Shown: in pieces, positions 1 through 10,828 of the stretch
How the letters are laid out: every line of letters begins with the position of its first letter
How positions within the stretch are numbered: the stretch's first letter is position 1
DNA from: Patellaria atrata CBS 101060
Lineage: Eukaryota
Direction: 5' to 3'
DNA length: 20,000 bases
Assembly (NCBI GenBank): GCA_010093705.1
Contig: MU006118.1
Coordinates: forward strand, 175,552-195,551
Position numbers and translations under genes: made by a program
Notes under the pieces: generated by a model
What the model saw: the letters and a program-made list of their open reading frames with translations, nothing else
Told to the model about the DNA's origin: nothing
The model's database searches: none

Positions 1-213
1 TTTTGGACGTAAGTTGTATTCAAAGAGGAAGTTAGATGAAATAACCTGGCCGGTACTCAATTACAGAGTTCCGGTCGTAGCTAAACGCGTTAACTCAACC
101 ACCTCAGTCGCAGAATACGAGAGATTTAGTAGGAGTCTAGTATAAATATGTTGCGCAACGTATGAATTGTGCTTGGGGATGCGAACGTTTGTTCGTCGGA
201 GATTAACTAGCTA

Positions 214-1512
214 TTATTTGACTCCAGGCAGAATCCACCCACACAAGTCCTCTCTAACATCGAATTCGTCGATCTCACGCGCCGGTTTCTGTCTTCTACC
301 ATCTACGTCTGATTTCAACTGATGAGCCTGCTGCTCCAAACTGGCTCTGCCCCTGACTCCACCAGGTAGATTATTAAACTTCCGTGAAGAACTTCGTTGG
401 TGGTTTTCATGTCTAGAGAAATCCGATGAGCGGTTTCTCCTATGTGTCCTCGGATCACTGTCGCTGAAAGATGCACTATCGTCTCGTATGGGCGTTTCCT
501 CGGGACGTGGCTGGCTGTATGGTTTATATTTGTCACCCCAACCGTCACCGCCTGCAAAAATATCTTCGATGCATTCGTCTGCTTTGAGTTCGCCGGGTTG
601 GGCGGCCCAAGAGGCGGTTAGTGTACGCCGGTACATGTCTTGTAGCTCCCCTGTTTCGCGCGATTTGCTGCTTAAAGAGGGGATATCTGGAAAGGTCGTT
701 AACAACGGTTTAGATAAAAATCCGATAGGCTACTCACGTCCGGGATCATCCGATTCCGCTTGATCGCCGGTCATTATACCAGCGATTCCGCCGAAAACGG
801 GTGCTGTTTTCAGAGGAGGTCTGGAAACATCTTTAGTCTATCCGTACCTTTACAACAGGAGGCTAACTTACGCTACGAAGTTTCTATCTCCCTCTATCTG
901 CTTCATAAAAATGCTGATCTTGAGAGTGCTGTTTATCTTGCTGTCCTGCATGAGGTATCTTCGACAGATGCCATCCTCTCCCTCTGCCTCACTGGGTTCC
1001 ACATATTCGGCGAGATTAAGCTTCACGTGGCCTAGTATAATCCTTTCTCCTCTACCCCCAGCCGAGTACTCCTGGATAACTTCAAAGTGTACGATAGACT
1101 CTTGCAATAAGCCGTTCTTGTCAATGGTCAAGCGGATTGGGACACGCTTCTCGTAGTCATATACGACCTTGTGTTCTTTGATTGGTAACTTTTCTGTGCG
1201 CCCACGGTGTTCTGCCGCCGCAGAATGGGGTAGATGCCATTTAATAAAGGATGTGCCCGAGACGAGGGGAACATTGTGAAGGTCTATTATCTGGATGGTA
1301 TTAACTACAAGCCCAATGGGGAGACTCCAGGGTGCGAACCTTGAGATGTAACTCGAATTTAGGCTTTTGCTATCATTAGCTTTGCAATCTTCCAACAGAT
1401 ATTGGTACGAAGCTTACTCGTCGGTTCTTAGGAACTGCTATAGTCAGCGGGTTGGTTGCGAAAGAGACGTTCAGAGTCTCTCGTAGAGACATGGCTCACC
1501 GAATGCTTGCAT
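214..1512 (-). CDS. NT-C2 (N-terminal C2 of EEIG1/EHBP1-type) domain protein, ~342 aa, 6 exons: 1512-1500, 1434-1418, 1363-1340, 1290-872, 820-738, 686-214
   Basis: Splicing gives MQAFVPKNRRPKFELHLKIIDLHNVPLVSGTSFIKWHLPHSAAAEHRGRT...LGHVKLNLAEYV...RRYLMQDSKINSTLKISI...APPLKTAPVFGGIAG...QDMYRRTL...ADECIEDIFAGGDGW, the pattern of the conserved fungal NT-C2 family. Donors GTGAGC, GTAAGC, GTTCGC, GTAAGT, GTGAGT. Exon lengths sum to 1029 nt (in frame). Confidence 0.88.
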
Positions 1513-1789
1513 AATTGTAACTCTAACAATTACATGATTACGCTGTGATATATATCGCAAACACGAGGGACCCCTCCGCTGGGTCCGTCAGGCCGCGATT
1601 CGATACAGTATTGTAAATGGATGCGAGGTGATGTTTCTTCATCATCATCCGGAGCTCTCGGTAGAGCTACAGTAGTTCTACCGGAAGCGGACGCTGATCC
1701 CCCAAGGCCGGCATCGATCATTCTTCCACATGCAACGACCTCAGCGAAGAAATCATTGATCTATCATACTAACAGACTAGATTAATACG
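1513..1789. promoter_or_regulatory. Short divergent (probably bidirectional) promoter between NT-C2 gene and TAD1
   Basis: Only 277 bp separate the opposed start codons. Contains the palindromic TATA-like element GATATATATC at 1547-1556. Confidence 0.5.
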
Positions 1790-3176
1790 ATGGCAGTAAC
1801 GCCGAATGCGATAGCGGATTGTGTTCTGTCAACATTCGATAGCCTCCCCGCCAAATGCAAACCACGACCTCGATATGACAACGCCCGCGAATGGACTCCC
1901 CTAAGTGGTATCGTTCTATGTAAAGGTCTCTCCATTAGCCGCAAAATCCCCATGTATAAAGGCTAAGTAAGCTACTAGATGGAGAGATGTTGACTTGCGT
2001 GGCTCTTGGGTAAAACTGCATTTATACCGGTCAGCAACCCTCAGCTGATTATCATTCACAGCACTGGTGCGAAATGTTTGCCGTTGTCGAAGATTCCCCG
2101 GGCTAAGGGTACCATACTACACGATTGGCATGCAGAAGTTCTAGCTATACGATCCTTCAATCTATTTCTCATACAGGAATGCGTACATCTTCTGGATGGA
2201 AAACAACAGTCAGATTTCATCAGACGCCGTACCGATACTGAAATCACAAAATCTGCCTTTCAGCCTTTTGAGATCAACGACAATATCGAAATTTACATGT
2301 ACTGCTCCGAGGCGCCATGCGGCGATGCAAGTATGGAATTGGTCATGGGAGCACAAGACGATCCCACTCCATGGGCGTTCCCGCAACCAGCACACTTATC
2401 TGTCTCTGGAGGTATCTCTACCGAAAATTCAACTATATTGAGTGGTCGAGGATATTTCTCAGAGGTGGGTATAGTAAGGCGTAAACCATGTGTGTTGACA
2501 GTCGGACAGGACTAGCAATCTCTTTTGAGTTGACGATCATACAGCTCGCCCTGACGCACCCCCTACCCTCAGTAAATCTTGCTCTGACAAACTTGCTTTG
2601 AAGCAATGTACGTCTCTGCTAAACTGTATTACATCTCTCCTTTTCCATCCCGGAAATGCGTACATCTACATGCTAGTGTTACCTAGCTCTCAATACGTCC
2701 CGAAAGCTACTGACCGGGCATTCGGTCCAGATGGACGTATGCTGGGCATAAATGATGCTCAAAGGATTGGCTGGCCGGATGGTTATTCTTTTCGTCCGTT
2801 TGCCATGAAAACAACAGAACGTGAATTCGCCTGGTCTAGACGTAATGGCGAAGGACGAGAGATGATTCCATGCAATTTGAGTGCTGTGTACACTCCTTAC
2901 TGTCAAGAGACTCTAGTTGGAGGCGTGCTACAGGGAAGGAAACAATCAGATTTCCGCGCTGCTAGTCGAACGTCTCGAAGGGGTTTGCTGCAATTGCTCC
3001 AGAATCACCATTCTCTACGGCTTGTTTTACCGAAGGGGTCAATTGGCTTGAGTTATACTGATCTGAAAAACTCTAGTTATGTTTGCGAATGGCGAAAGGT
3101 CAAGGATGATGTGAAAGCTAAAGCACTCAGGGGGTGGGTGTCAAACCAGAAAGACGAGGCCTGGAGTTTGAATTGA
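1790..3176 (+). CDS. TAD1: tRNA-specific adenosine deaminase 1 (Tad1/ADAT1 family), ~408 aa, exons 1790-1925, 1979-2009, 2062-2489, 2545-3176
   Basis: Deaminase motifs EWTPLSGIV, CVALGTGAKC, LHDWHAEVLA (Zn His plus catalytic Glu), YCSEAPCGDASM, VRRKPSRPDA and SKSCSDKL. No dsRBDs seen, so ADAT1 rather than ADAR. Exons sum to 1227 nt. Confidence 0.92.
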
Positions 3177-3723
3177 GGTAACAAAACACCATCAGATCAT
3201 ATACGGAGCCCCTTAGATGCATAAGTATAGTTAAACCCTGAGGAACATCTTTAAATAGTTGCTGTGAGGTCAAATATAAATCACGTGAGCGTAAAGGATC
3301 ACTGCGAGTTGTCCGTGGTTTGAAGCGGCTGCAGCCAGTCATTCTGAAGTTTACCCACTCTTGATAACGCCAATCTTAAGAGTTGATTGAGGATTGAGCG
3401 GAGCATACAATCACACCTCAGTCATTAGATATTCTTACGGAACAGGTAAGAGAAGACAAGCCCAACGCTAATTAACCCTTGAATGCTCCTCCCTTCACTC
3501 CGTCAGCTTCTACCGGGCCTTGAATCGGTGACCATATTTAATAATTGTGTATCTCTCACACGATCTGCTTCCAATCATGTGCTCACAAGTTTTCATGTCT
3601 CTCACCGTCACTTTTTGAAGGATATCAATCCATGCGTCTGACGTTCTTATATCTCCACTTCCTTACCCGCTTTACGTATCCTTCTTCCGAATTTCTATAC
3701 CATAACTCTACCATTCTATTATC

Positions 3724-4443
3724 ATGGCGTTATCTACCCAAACCGATAAATTTGATGCATTCCATCAGTTGGTAAAAGATCTCAGTAATATTTTGGGTCC
3801 ATCATCAGGTATTGACTCGGAAGATGTCAACCCTGAAGATATCCAGGAGTTGATGAAAAATTACACATCCACCTCATCTGAATGGGCACCATACGCATTC
3901 TCAGATACTACCAGAGCATATACCAGGAACCTCGTCGACAAGGGAAATGGAAAAAGCAACTTGGTATTTTATCCTCAACATTCTAGTTGCGACGATCAGA
4001 TACTGATACCTATCGCAGCTTGTCCTCGTATGGTCCCCTGGTCGAAGCAGCCCCGTACACGACCACGCCAATGCCCATTGTATCATGAAGGTCCTCCACG
4101 GTTCTCTGAAGGAAACTCTGTACGACTGGCCAGATCCAACCTTAACAGCCCCCTTGAAGGTCAAACGTGAGCGCACGCTTCAGTTAAACGAGGTCTCCTA
4201 CATGGCAGACACGCTAGGACTACACACAATATCCAACCCTGATCCCGACAACATCGCTGTCTCTCTGCATTGTAAGTCTTTTCATTGAGCAAGGAGTTCA
4301 TCAAGCATGCTAAAGGTCTCGAACCAGTGTATACTCCGCCGAATGCTGAGTTTTATGGCACTCTCACCTTCAACAAGGAGACAGGGCACTCATCTCACAT
4401 CAAACAATGTCAATTCTTTTCCGAACGAGGACACAAACTGTGA
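3724..4443 (+). CDS. CDO1: Cysteine dioxygenase type I, ~202 aa, exons 3724-3963, 4019-4271, 4328-4443
   Basis: Motifs [58 protein letters not shown] and AVSLHLYTPPN: 3-His iron site, cross-link Cys and S-H-Y triad. Exons sum to 609 nt. Confidence 0.96.
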
Positions 4444-4472
4444 TTGAGATTTTGCTTGAGATTTTGCTTGAG
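4444..4472. repeat. 12-bp tandem duplication (TTGAGATTTTGC x2.4) immediately after the CDO stop codon
   Basis: Read directly: ttgagattttgc ttgagattttgc ttgag. Confidence 0.85.
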
Positions 4473-4841
4473 GTCTCGTGGCTTTTTATTAGGCAAGCAT
4501 GCTCTTGGTTTGAATGTTATGGCCGCTTAGCTTCAGCTTCTGGCGCCTTTCTTTGGATATTCGGAGTACGGGGGAGTTGCCTTTACACATAGGTTGTCCG
4601 AACTACTTTAGGATGTACAGTAGACTAACTCTGTAATCATAATGAATATCTTCACTCACCAGATAATTGAAGGATCAAGAGATGTGCTGTCGTAGATGTG
4701 CCAAAATAGAGATACTCGCTTAGATCGGCCCAGGGTACCCTTGTCAGATGGCTGCATGATGTTTACCATCTTATCGATAACAGAAAGGAGGTGAATATAT
4801 AACTATACGACAAATACGATAAATGAATCCTTACACCACAG

Positions 4842-7800
4842 ATGCAATCGGTGCTCTCTGAACTCGCGGCCAGTACCTCTCAATGGTCGTGGGTCACGGT
4901 ACCTGTGGCCTTCTTCGTAACATCCTGTATCTCAACAACCAAAACGCCTAGTCGGCACTCCCTCCTCATAAACGCGATTTCGTGGGCGTCCATATGGGCA
5001 TACGGCGTTGTACGAGCAGGAGTACGGACGACCTCCGACGATGAACGTAGGAGGAACCTAATATGGGTATCTGGCGCGTTATACGGACTTGCTTTGGCGT
5101 GTACAAGAGCGGCAATAGATGATGAGGGCGTACGGTGGATGAAGGTTATGACGCTGAGCCCTTCCTATCTTTATTATGGTAGTTAACACTTCAACAGTGC
5201 CTAATACCTGCGTTCGTTTACCTCTTCTCCCAATTGAACCTGAAATCTTTCCTCAATTCATCGAGCCATGAAGAATCAAAGCAACCAGAAAGCCCCCACC
5301 CATATGGAGCGAGATCACTGCTTACGGTTTCCACAATATGTTCTGGAGTTGTTCTGAATACTCCTTATATTACATCACCATCCGCGCTTCTGGGGCTGTG
5401 TTCGACCCTAACTCTAGCCCTATCTTTCGTCGTCCTCGAGTCTGGGTTTGCTGCATCCCCTGAAGAGAAGTATGGTGGAGCAGGCGGTTTCGTCCTTGCG
5501 AACGGTTCCTTTGCATATGAGCGGCGGACACAAGGCTCCAATTCGAAACGGGGCGCGTTCTACCTATGTATAAGAGACTTCGCCGCAATCGTTGTTCTAG
5601 TTTGCGGAGCATCGACATGGATCATGGAAAGCCATACTCTGGACGGATTGACTTGGTCTGACGGGTTGCGCAAGCTGGATCCAAAGACAATCGAGCTGAA
5701 CCCAGAGCTTGCGGACCTTTCTGGGCAATGGAAGCTGGAACAGTTGGTCGTGAATGCCTTCAGGGGCTTTTGGGCGACTATCTTCACCACGGCGACCAAT
5801 GCATTACTGATGCTAGTAGTCTCCCAACAAAAATCTTTGAAGACTAGTTTAATCGTTCTAGCAGCAGTGCTTGCTGCATTTTTGCCCTCGAATCTCGGAA
5901 TATCTCAACTCTGGTTTACACTGCTTACTCTTACTTCAGGATATGCTTTCTTCTCAAGCGAAGCTGCATCCTCGCCCGTGAAAGGGTTTGGGGGAAGAAG
6001 ATTGAATGCAAGAAATATTCTTACGTTTCTCACCGTAACATCGGTTGCCTCACTAGTTATGGGCGTTTCTCGCAAATCAACTGGGATCACCATGTCTGGG
6101 TTAGCGATACCTACAAGCTATATAGGAACCCCTATATCGCCCCTCGAGCCTATGGAATTGTCCGATAAGAAAATTCATCCTATTGAATATCTCATTGCGA
6201 AGTCTGAAAAGAGCTTTCAGGAGACCCTTTCAAGACAGTCACAGACTCTAGACCAAGCTGTAAAAGAGTATAAGAGACGGTATCAGATGAATCCGCCACC
6301 AAACTTTGATCGTTGGTATGAGTTGGCTAAGAGGAAGAACGTGGTACTTATCGACGAGTTTGACTTAATCCATGAACTTCTACTCCCGTTCTGGGCTCTC
6401 AAACCGTCCACTCTTAGGTCTCGAGTGCGGGAAGCACTTGGAATGGACGGTAATTCTCTCATAGCCCTAACCATCCGCGAAGGGCAAGCGGTGAAAGTCG
6501 AAGGCGGCCCTGACTGGCAACAGGCTGCAACGCTAGGAATGGTCAAAGGCTTTGTACAACATTTGCCAGATATAGATTTGGCCTTTAACATCCATGACGA
6601 ACCACGTATCGTCGTTCCTCACGATGAGCTTGCTCGTTATGTGGAAATCGCAAAGACGAAAAATATCCCGGCGTCTTTTTCGCAAAAGCGGCCACAGAAC
6701 ACCTTCTCGGCTCGTCCTGATGATATGAATGACGGTCGAAGGATCTTAGAGTACAAAACTAGCCGCTTCAACGTCTTTGCGCATCAGTCTGTTTGGTCAA
6801 CCTCTAGATTGTCATGCTCGCTTGACAGTCCGGCACGTTCCTACGAAGAAACCAGCTCCGACAATAAGACTATGTATGCTTTGGGTGAGCTCGGCTTCAT
6901 ATACAACCATACAGCCATGTCGGATATCTGCAACTCTCCTTCCTTACGTCACACCCTCGGATTCTTCGACCGACCCAATGCGTTCAATGTCGCCCACGAT
7001 CTCATCCCCATATTCTCCCAGAGCAAAGTAAGTAGCTTTCAGGATATCCTATATCCCAGTCCGTGGTACTGGTTCAACATGGTCTCTTACAACGCCACCC
7101 GCGCCAAGGACTGGGACAAGAAGGATAACACAGTATATTGGAGGGGAACAAATACAGGAGGTTATAGCAAGTATGGTGCATGGCGCCATCATCATCGACA
7201 GCACTTCGTCGCCAGCGTCAACGCCCCTGACACAACCCGCATCTTAACCAACCTTGGAACCGCAGTTGCACCCGTCTGGAATGCCCAAGAGGTCCCAAGA
7301 CAAACCTTCAAGGACCTAATAGACGTCAAATTCACGGATATCGGACAGTGTGACGACATTGACTGTGCTCAACAGCGCGAATTCTTCCGCTTAACGGATC
7401 CAACAGATATGCAGGATGCATGGTCCTATAAACACTTGGTTGACCTGGACGGCAACGCTTTCTCCGGCCGTTTTTATGCGTTTCTAAAGAGCAAGTCTGC
7501 GGTGTATAAGATGGCGGTTTTCAGGGAGTGGCATCAGGAGTGGTTGAGGCCGTGGATGCATTATGTGCCCCTTGGCTTTGACGGGGGCGAGTGGATGGAG
7601 ACGTTCAGGTATTTCGCGAACGAGAACAAGGGCGAAGACTTTGCGGAGAAGTTAGCGCTAGGAGGGCAGCAGTGGGCTAATGCCGTCTTAAGGAACGAAG
7701 ATATGGAGGTTTGGTTTTTTAGGCTGCTTTTGGAGTATGTGGTTCCCCTTTTGTGTTTGAGTAAGAGAAATTTCTAACCTAGTGATAGGTATGGAAGACT

Positions 7801-7843
7801 CGTTGATGATAATAGAGAGATCATCGGATATGGCGGTCCTTAG
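4842..7843 (+). CDS. Glycosyltransferase family 90 (CAP10-like, beta-1,2-xylosyltransferase-type) with long hydrophobic N-terminus, ~964 aa, exons 4842-5144, 5198-7734, 7789-7843
   Basis: Motifs HPIEYLI, EYKRRYQMNPPPNFDRWY, LPDIDLAFNIHDEPR, PIFSQSK, DILYPSPWY, VYWRG, YKHLVDLDGNAFSGRF, EWHQEWLRPWMHYVP and RLLLEYGRLVDDNR. Exons sum to 2895 nt. The start codon is less certain than the rest. Confidence 0.9.
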
Positions 7844-8642
7844 ATACTCTTTCTGGGAGGATGTACCATATGGGATAACAGGGCAGGATTGATGCGGCGT
7901 TAAGGCGTACAGTACAGCATTTATAGCTGAGGGTCCTGGGTACATAGAGGAACTCGACGATTGTATTGTACAGACGATGACACTAATTATCGCCTATCAT
8001 ATTACTTCCACAGTTAACTGGTTGTTACATACAGCAGTCTTCTAGTTAATACCAATACCTGGCTCTATCATCCCGGCTAGAACATTGACGATCACTCTAA
8101 AGAGCAGATCATCCGAACGAATCATAATTATTCCATCTTTAAACTACAACTATTCCTTACTGATTCTTTTTATCTTCCTATACTTCGGCCTAAAGAAGCG
8201 AATCTCGCATCTATACTGTTCAATATATGTACTATCTAGAACCGACGAACAGAGATGAAAGAGGTCATCACGATTTGACGTTTTCGCTACAAAATATGTT
8301 AACTAGTCCACTTTGATAGCTCCACACCCCGAAAGAGGTGAGCAAACAAAATTTATCATATCTGATTTGCTTAGAGATACAACCCTTTGGGACCAAACAT
8401 TGCGAAGTTGGCCAGACAACTTCTGGGCATACGTCATCTTATTCCCGTTCTCAGGGAGAAAAAGAGAACCTCCCTGACCAGATACCTTACCTTATCTACT
8501 TTGAATTTTATTCTCCTTTAGAAACCCAGCTAGCATCTCACGCTTATGCAAAGCTCTACATCCCCTGTCCACCATTTCACTGATTTCCTTTCTCTTCAAT
8601 CATAGAGCACTATTATAAGGGTAGTAGTAGCAGATATCAACC

Positions 8643-10805
8643 ATGGGTAAACAGTAAGTACTGAAATGTTCAGACAGATCCCAAGCAAACATGTCTAATG
8701 AGTCTCATAGAATTGGGGGAGCATTTATCAAATTTCCTGAGACTGCTAAAATAGCAAATGCCGTTAAGGATAAAGGAGTCTCTGTGAGTAATCCTAAAGC
8801 ATATATACTAGAATATCGAGACTTATCAAATCTAGGAGCTCATCCACCAATGGAAAGAGGGGATGAAAAAGAAGGGCTATCCTGCCCGTTGGGGTGATGA
8901 GGTGGAACAGTTATGTACCGTATGCATCCCTTACTTGTGACTAATAGTACTAGGTCGAATACATGATTCTCAAGTTTGACGACACTAACGAGAGAGTGGA
9001 GGTAACGTTGGAACAAACTACTATCCTAAAGGGGCTTGAAGAAATGGTCGATGCAGCCATGGAGAAAGGTCGCCCAGTTTCGCAGCAAGAGTACCAGTTC
9101 TACCTACAATTACAATCACGATGTTTTCTAATTTGAAAGCAGTCCTGGGGTCACGGCTGGTTATACACCTGAATTTGCTGCTTATATGGTCGAGTCAGAG
9201 CCAAATTCACCGTATGGAAGCTCCGTTAGTGATTTATTGAAGGTTGAAACGAACATGTTCCAGAGGTGTGACCTTCTAGTACTCGAACGCGGCATAAACT
9301 AACAGTTCACCGCTAGACGCAAGGCTATAAAGGCTCATGCAGATACCGGCTCCTGGCCGTTCACCTTATCTATGTTCCCAGGGCTGAAGGCTGATTATAA
9401 TTCCAAAGATCCTAGTGAACTGGAAATCGACGAACCATTAGCTAGCCAAGAAGTGCGTTTCAAAGCTGCCGACAGCAATATCAGAAGTCGACGGAACGAT
9501 GAGGGGGTTGCTAAGGTTCCACTCTTCGTAGATATTAACACTCTTTCCTCGAAAGGGTCATTCCCCTCGTATATTGATACAGACACAAAGTCAGTACTTC
9601 TACAAGATGAAAGCATTCTTTTCGGTCCTGGACACTGTGGCTTTCAGATTACATTTGGAGCAGCAGACGAAGATGATGCTCGGCGGTTACATGACCAGTT
9701 AATTCCGCTGGGTCCTGTCATGCTGACCTTGACGGCATCCACTCCAATATACAGGGGCTTCCTTGTCGATACTGATGTACGTTGGAAGCAAATCCAATAT
9801 TTCGTTGACGATAGAACGAAGACTGAAAGGGAACAAGAGGCGAAGACGGATTATGATGCAGTAACAGGTCCGAGGTGGTCCACTAACAACACTTACATTG
9901 CTAATGACCCACGTCTTCATCCTGAGCATCAGAAATCCCAACTCCAAGTGAATGAGCAAGTTCAAAGGAGGCTCGAAGAGGAAGGAATGGACTCTATTCT
10001 CGCGAAGCATTTCGCTCACGATTTTCTACGTGATCCGATAGTCATGTCTGAGGAGGACATTAAGGAACATAGTACAAAAGACGAGGAGCCGGCTCTTCCG
10101 AACGAATCCCACGATGCTAGTGTGGGTACTGATCATATCGATGCTATCGAAGGGACTTTGTATCCGCACGTCAGATTCAAGGTTCCGCCTGCTAATGACC
10201 CGAGGATCGGATACCGTGTTGAGTTTAGGCCGATGGAGACGCAGTTCACGGACTTTGAGAATGCTGCGTTATCTATATTTTTGAGACTGCTGACTCTGGC
10301 GTTGAGAAAATCCGATAAGGATATGTATGTTCCGTTGCGGGTTGTTTATGATAATATGGAGAAGGCCCACCCCAGAGATGCAGTCCGTAGCTCGAAGTTC
10401 CTCTGGAGAGTAGATACCAAAGAGCACTCAGGAGAAAACGGTGCTGAGCAAAGGAATGGTGACTCCGGTGAAGCAGACGTTGTGCCGATGAAGATCGATG
10501 AAATTTTCAACGGCTCTTCACGTCACCGTGGGTTGTTAGATCTTGTCTATGAATATATGGAGTCGGAGGGATACACCTCCACTCAACGTCAACAGCTTGA
10601 GCCATACTTGGACTTGGTTAGAGGGAGATCTGATGGTACTCTAGCCACTGCTGCAAGATGGATGAGGGAATACGCCCAAGGACACGAGCAATACCGCAAG
10701 GACAGCTATGTGAATGCGAAGATTTGTTACGATATAATGAGTGAAGTCCGGAGTATGATGAACGGAGAACGGGAGAACGGGATGTTCAAACGATGTATCG
10801 CTTGA
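8643..10805 (+). CDS. Divergent glutamate-cysteine ligase catalytic subunit-like protein (eukaryotic GCS family), ~632 aa, exons 8643-8653, 8711-8783, 8836-8901, 8954-9090, 9143-9265, 9317-10805
   Basis: GCL landmarks WGDE|VEY, PEFAAYMVESEPNSPY, NIRSRR, QITF, LTLTASTPIYRGFLVDTDVRW, VDDRT, LAKHFAH.FLRDP, RVEFRPMETQFTDFENAA and GTLATAARWMRE. Exons sum to 1899 nt with no frameshift or stop. Symbol withheld because the active-site divergence argues against orthology with GSH1. The donor of intron 4 (9091 vs 9097) is uncertain. Confidence 0.9.
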
Positions 10806-10828
10806 TTTGCCTTTCTCTGCTTTAATAC

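Noticed and set aside
488..1156. Plus-strand ORFs 488-763, 760-1035, 911-1156
   Set aside because: Antisense shadows of the NT-C2 exons.
1463..1490. Small GAGAC/GTCTC inverted repeats inside NT-C2 intron 1
   Set aside because: Stems of only 5-6 bp, expected by chance.
1760..1780. TACTAACAG upstream of the TAD1 ATG, suggesting a 5' UTR intron
   Set aside because: No convincing partner donor at a suitable distance could be identified, so it is unsupported without transcripts.
1790..3176. Possible ADAR-like mRNA editing enzyme
   Set aside because: No dsRNA-binding domains; size and motifs match the ordinary tRNA deaminase Tad1.
8338..8583. 81-aa GTG-initiated ORF upstream of the GCL-like gene
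   Set aside because: Non-ATG start in AT-rich promoter DNA with no motifs.
8643..10805. GCL-like gene as a pseudogene or bacterial horizontal transfer
   Set aside because: The reading frame is intact across six exons, the catalytic acidic residues are kept, and the sequence is of the eukaryotic GCS type with spliceosomal introns.
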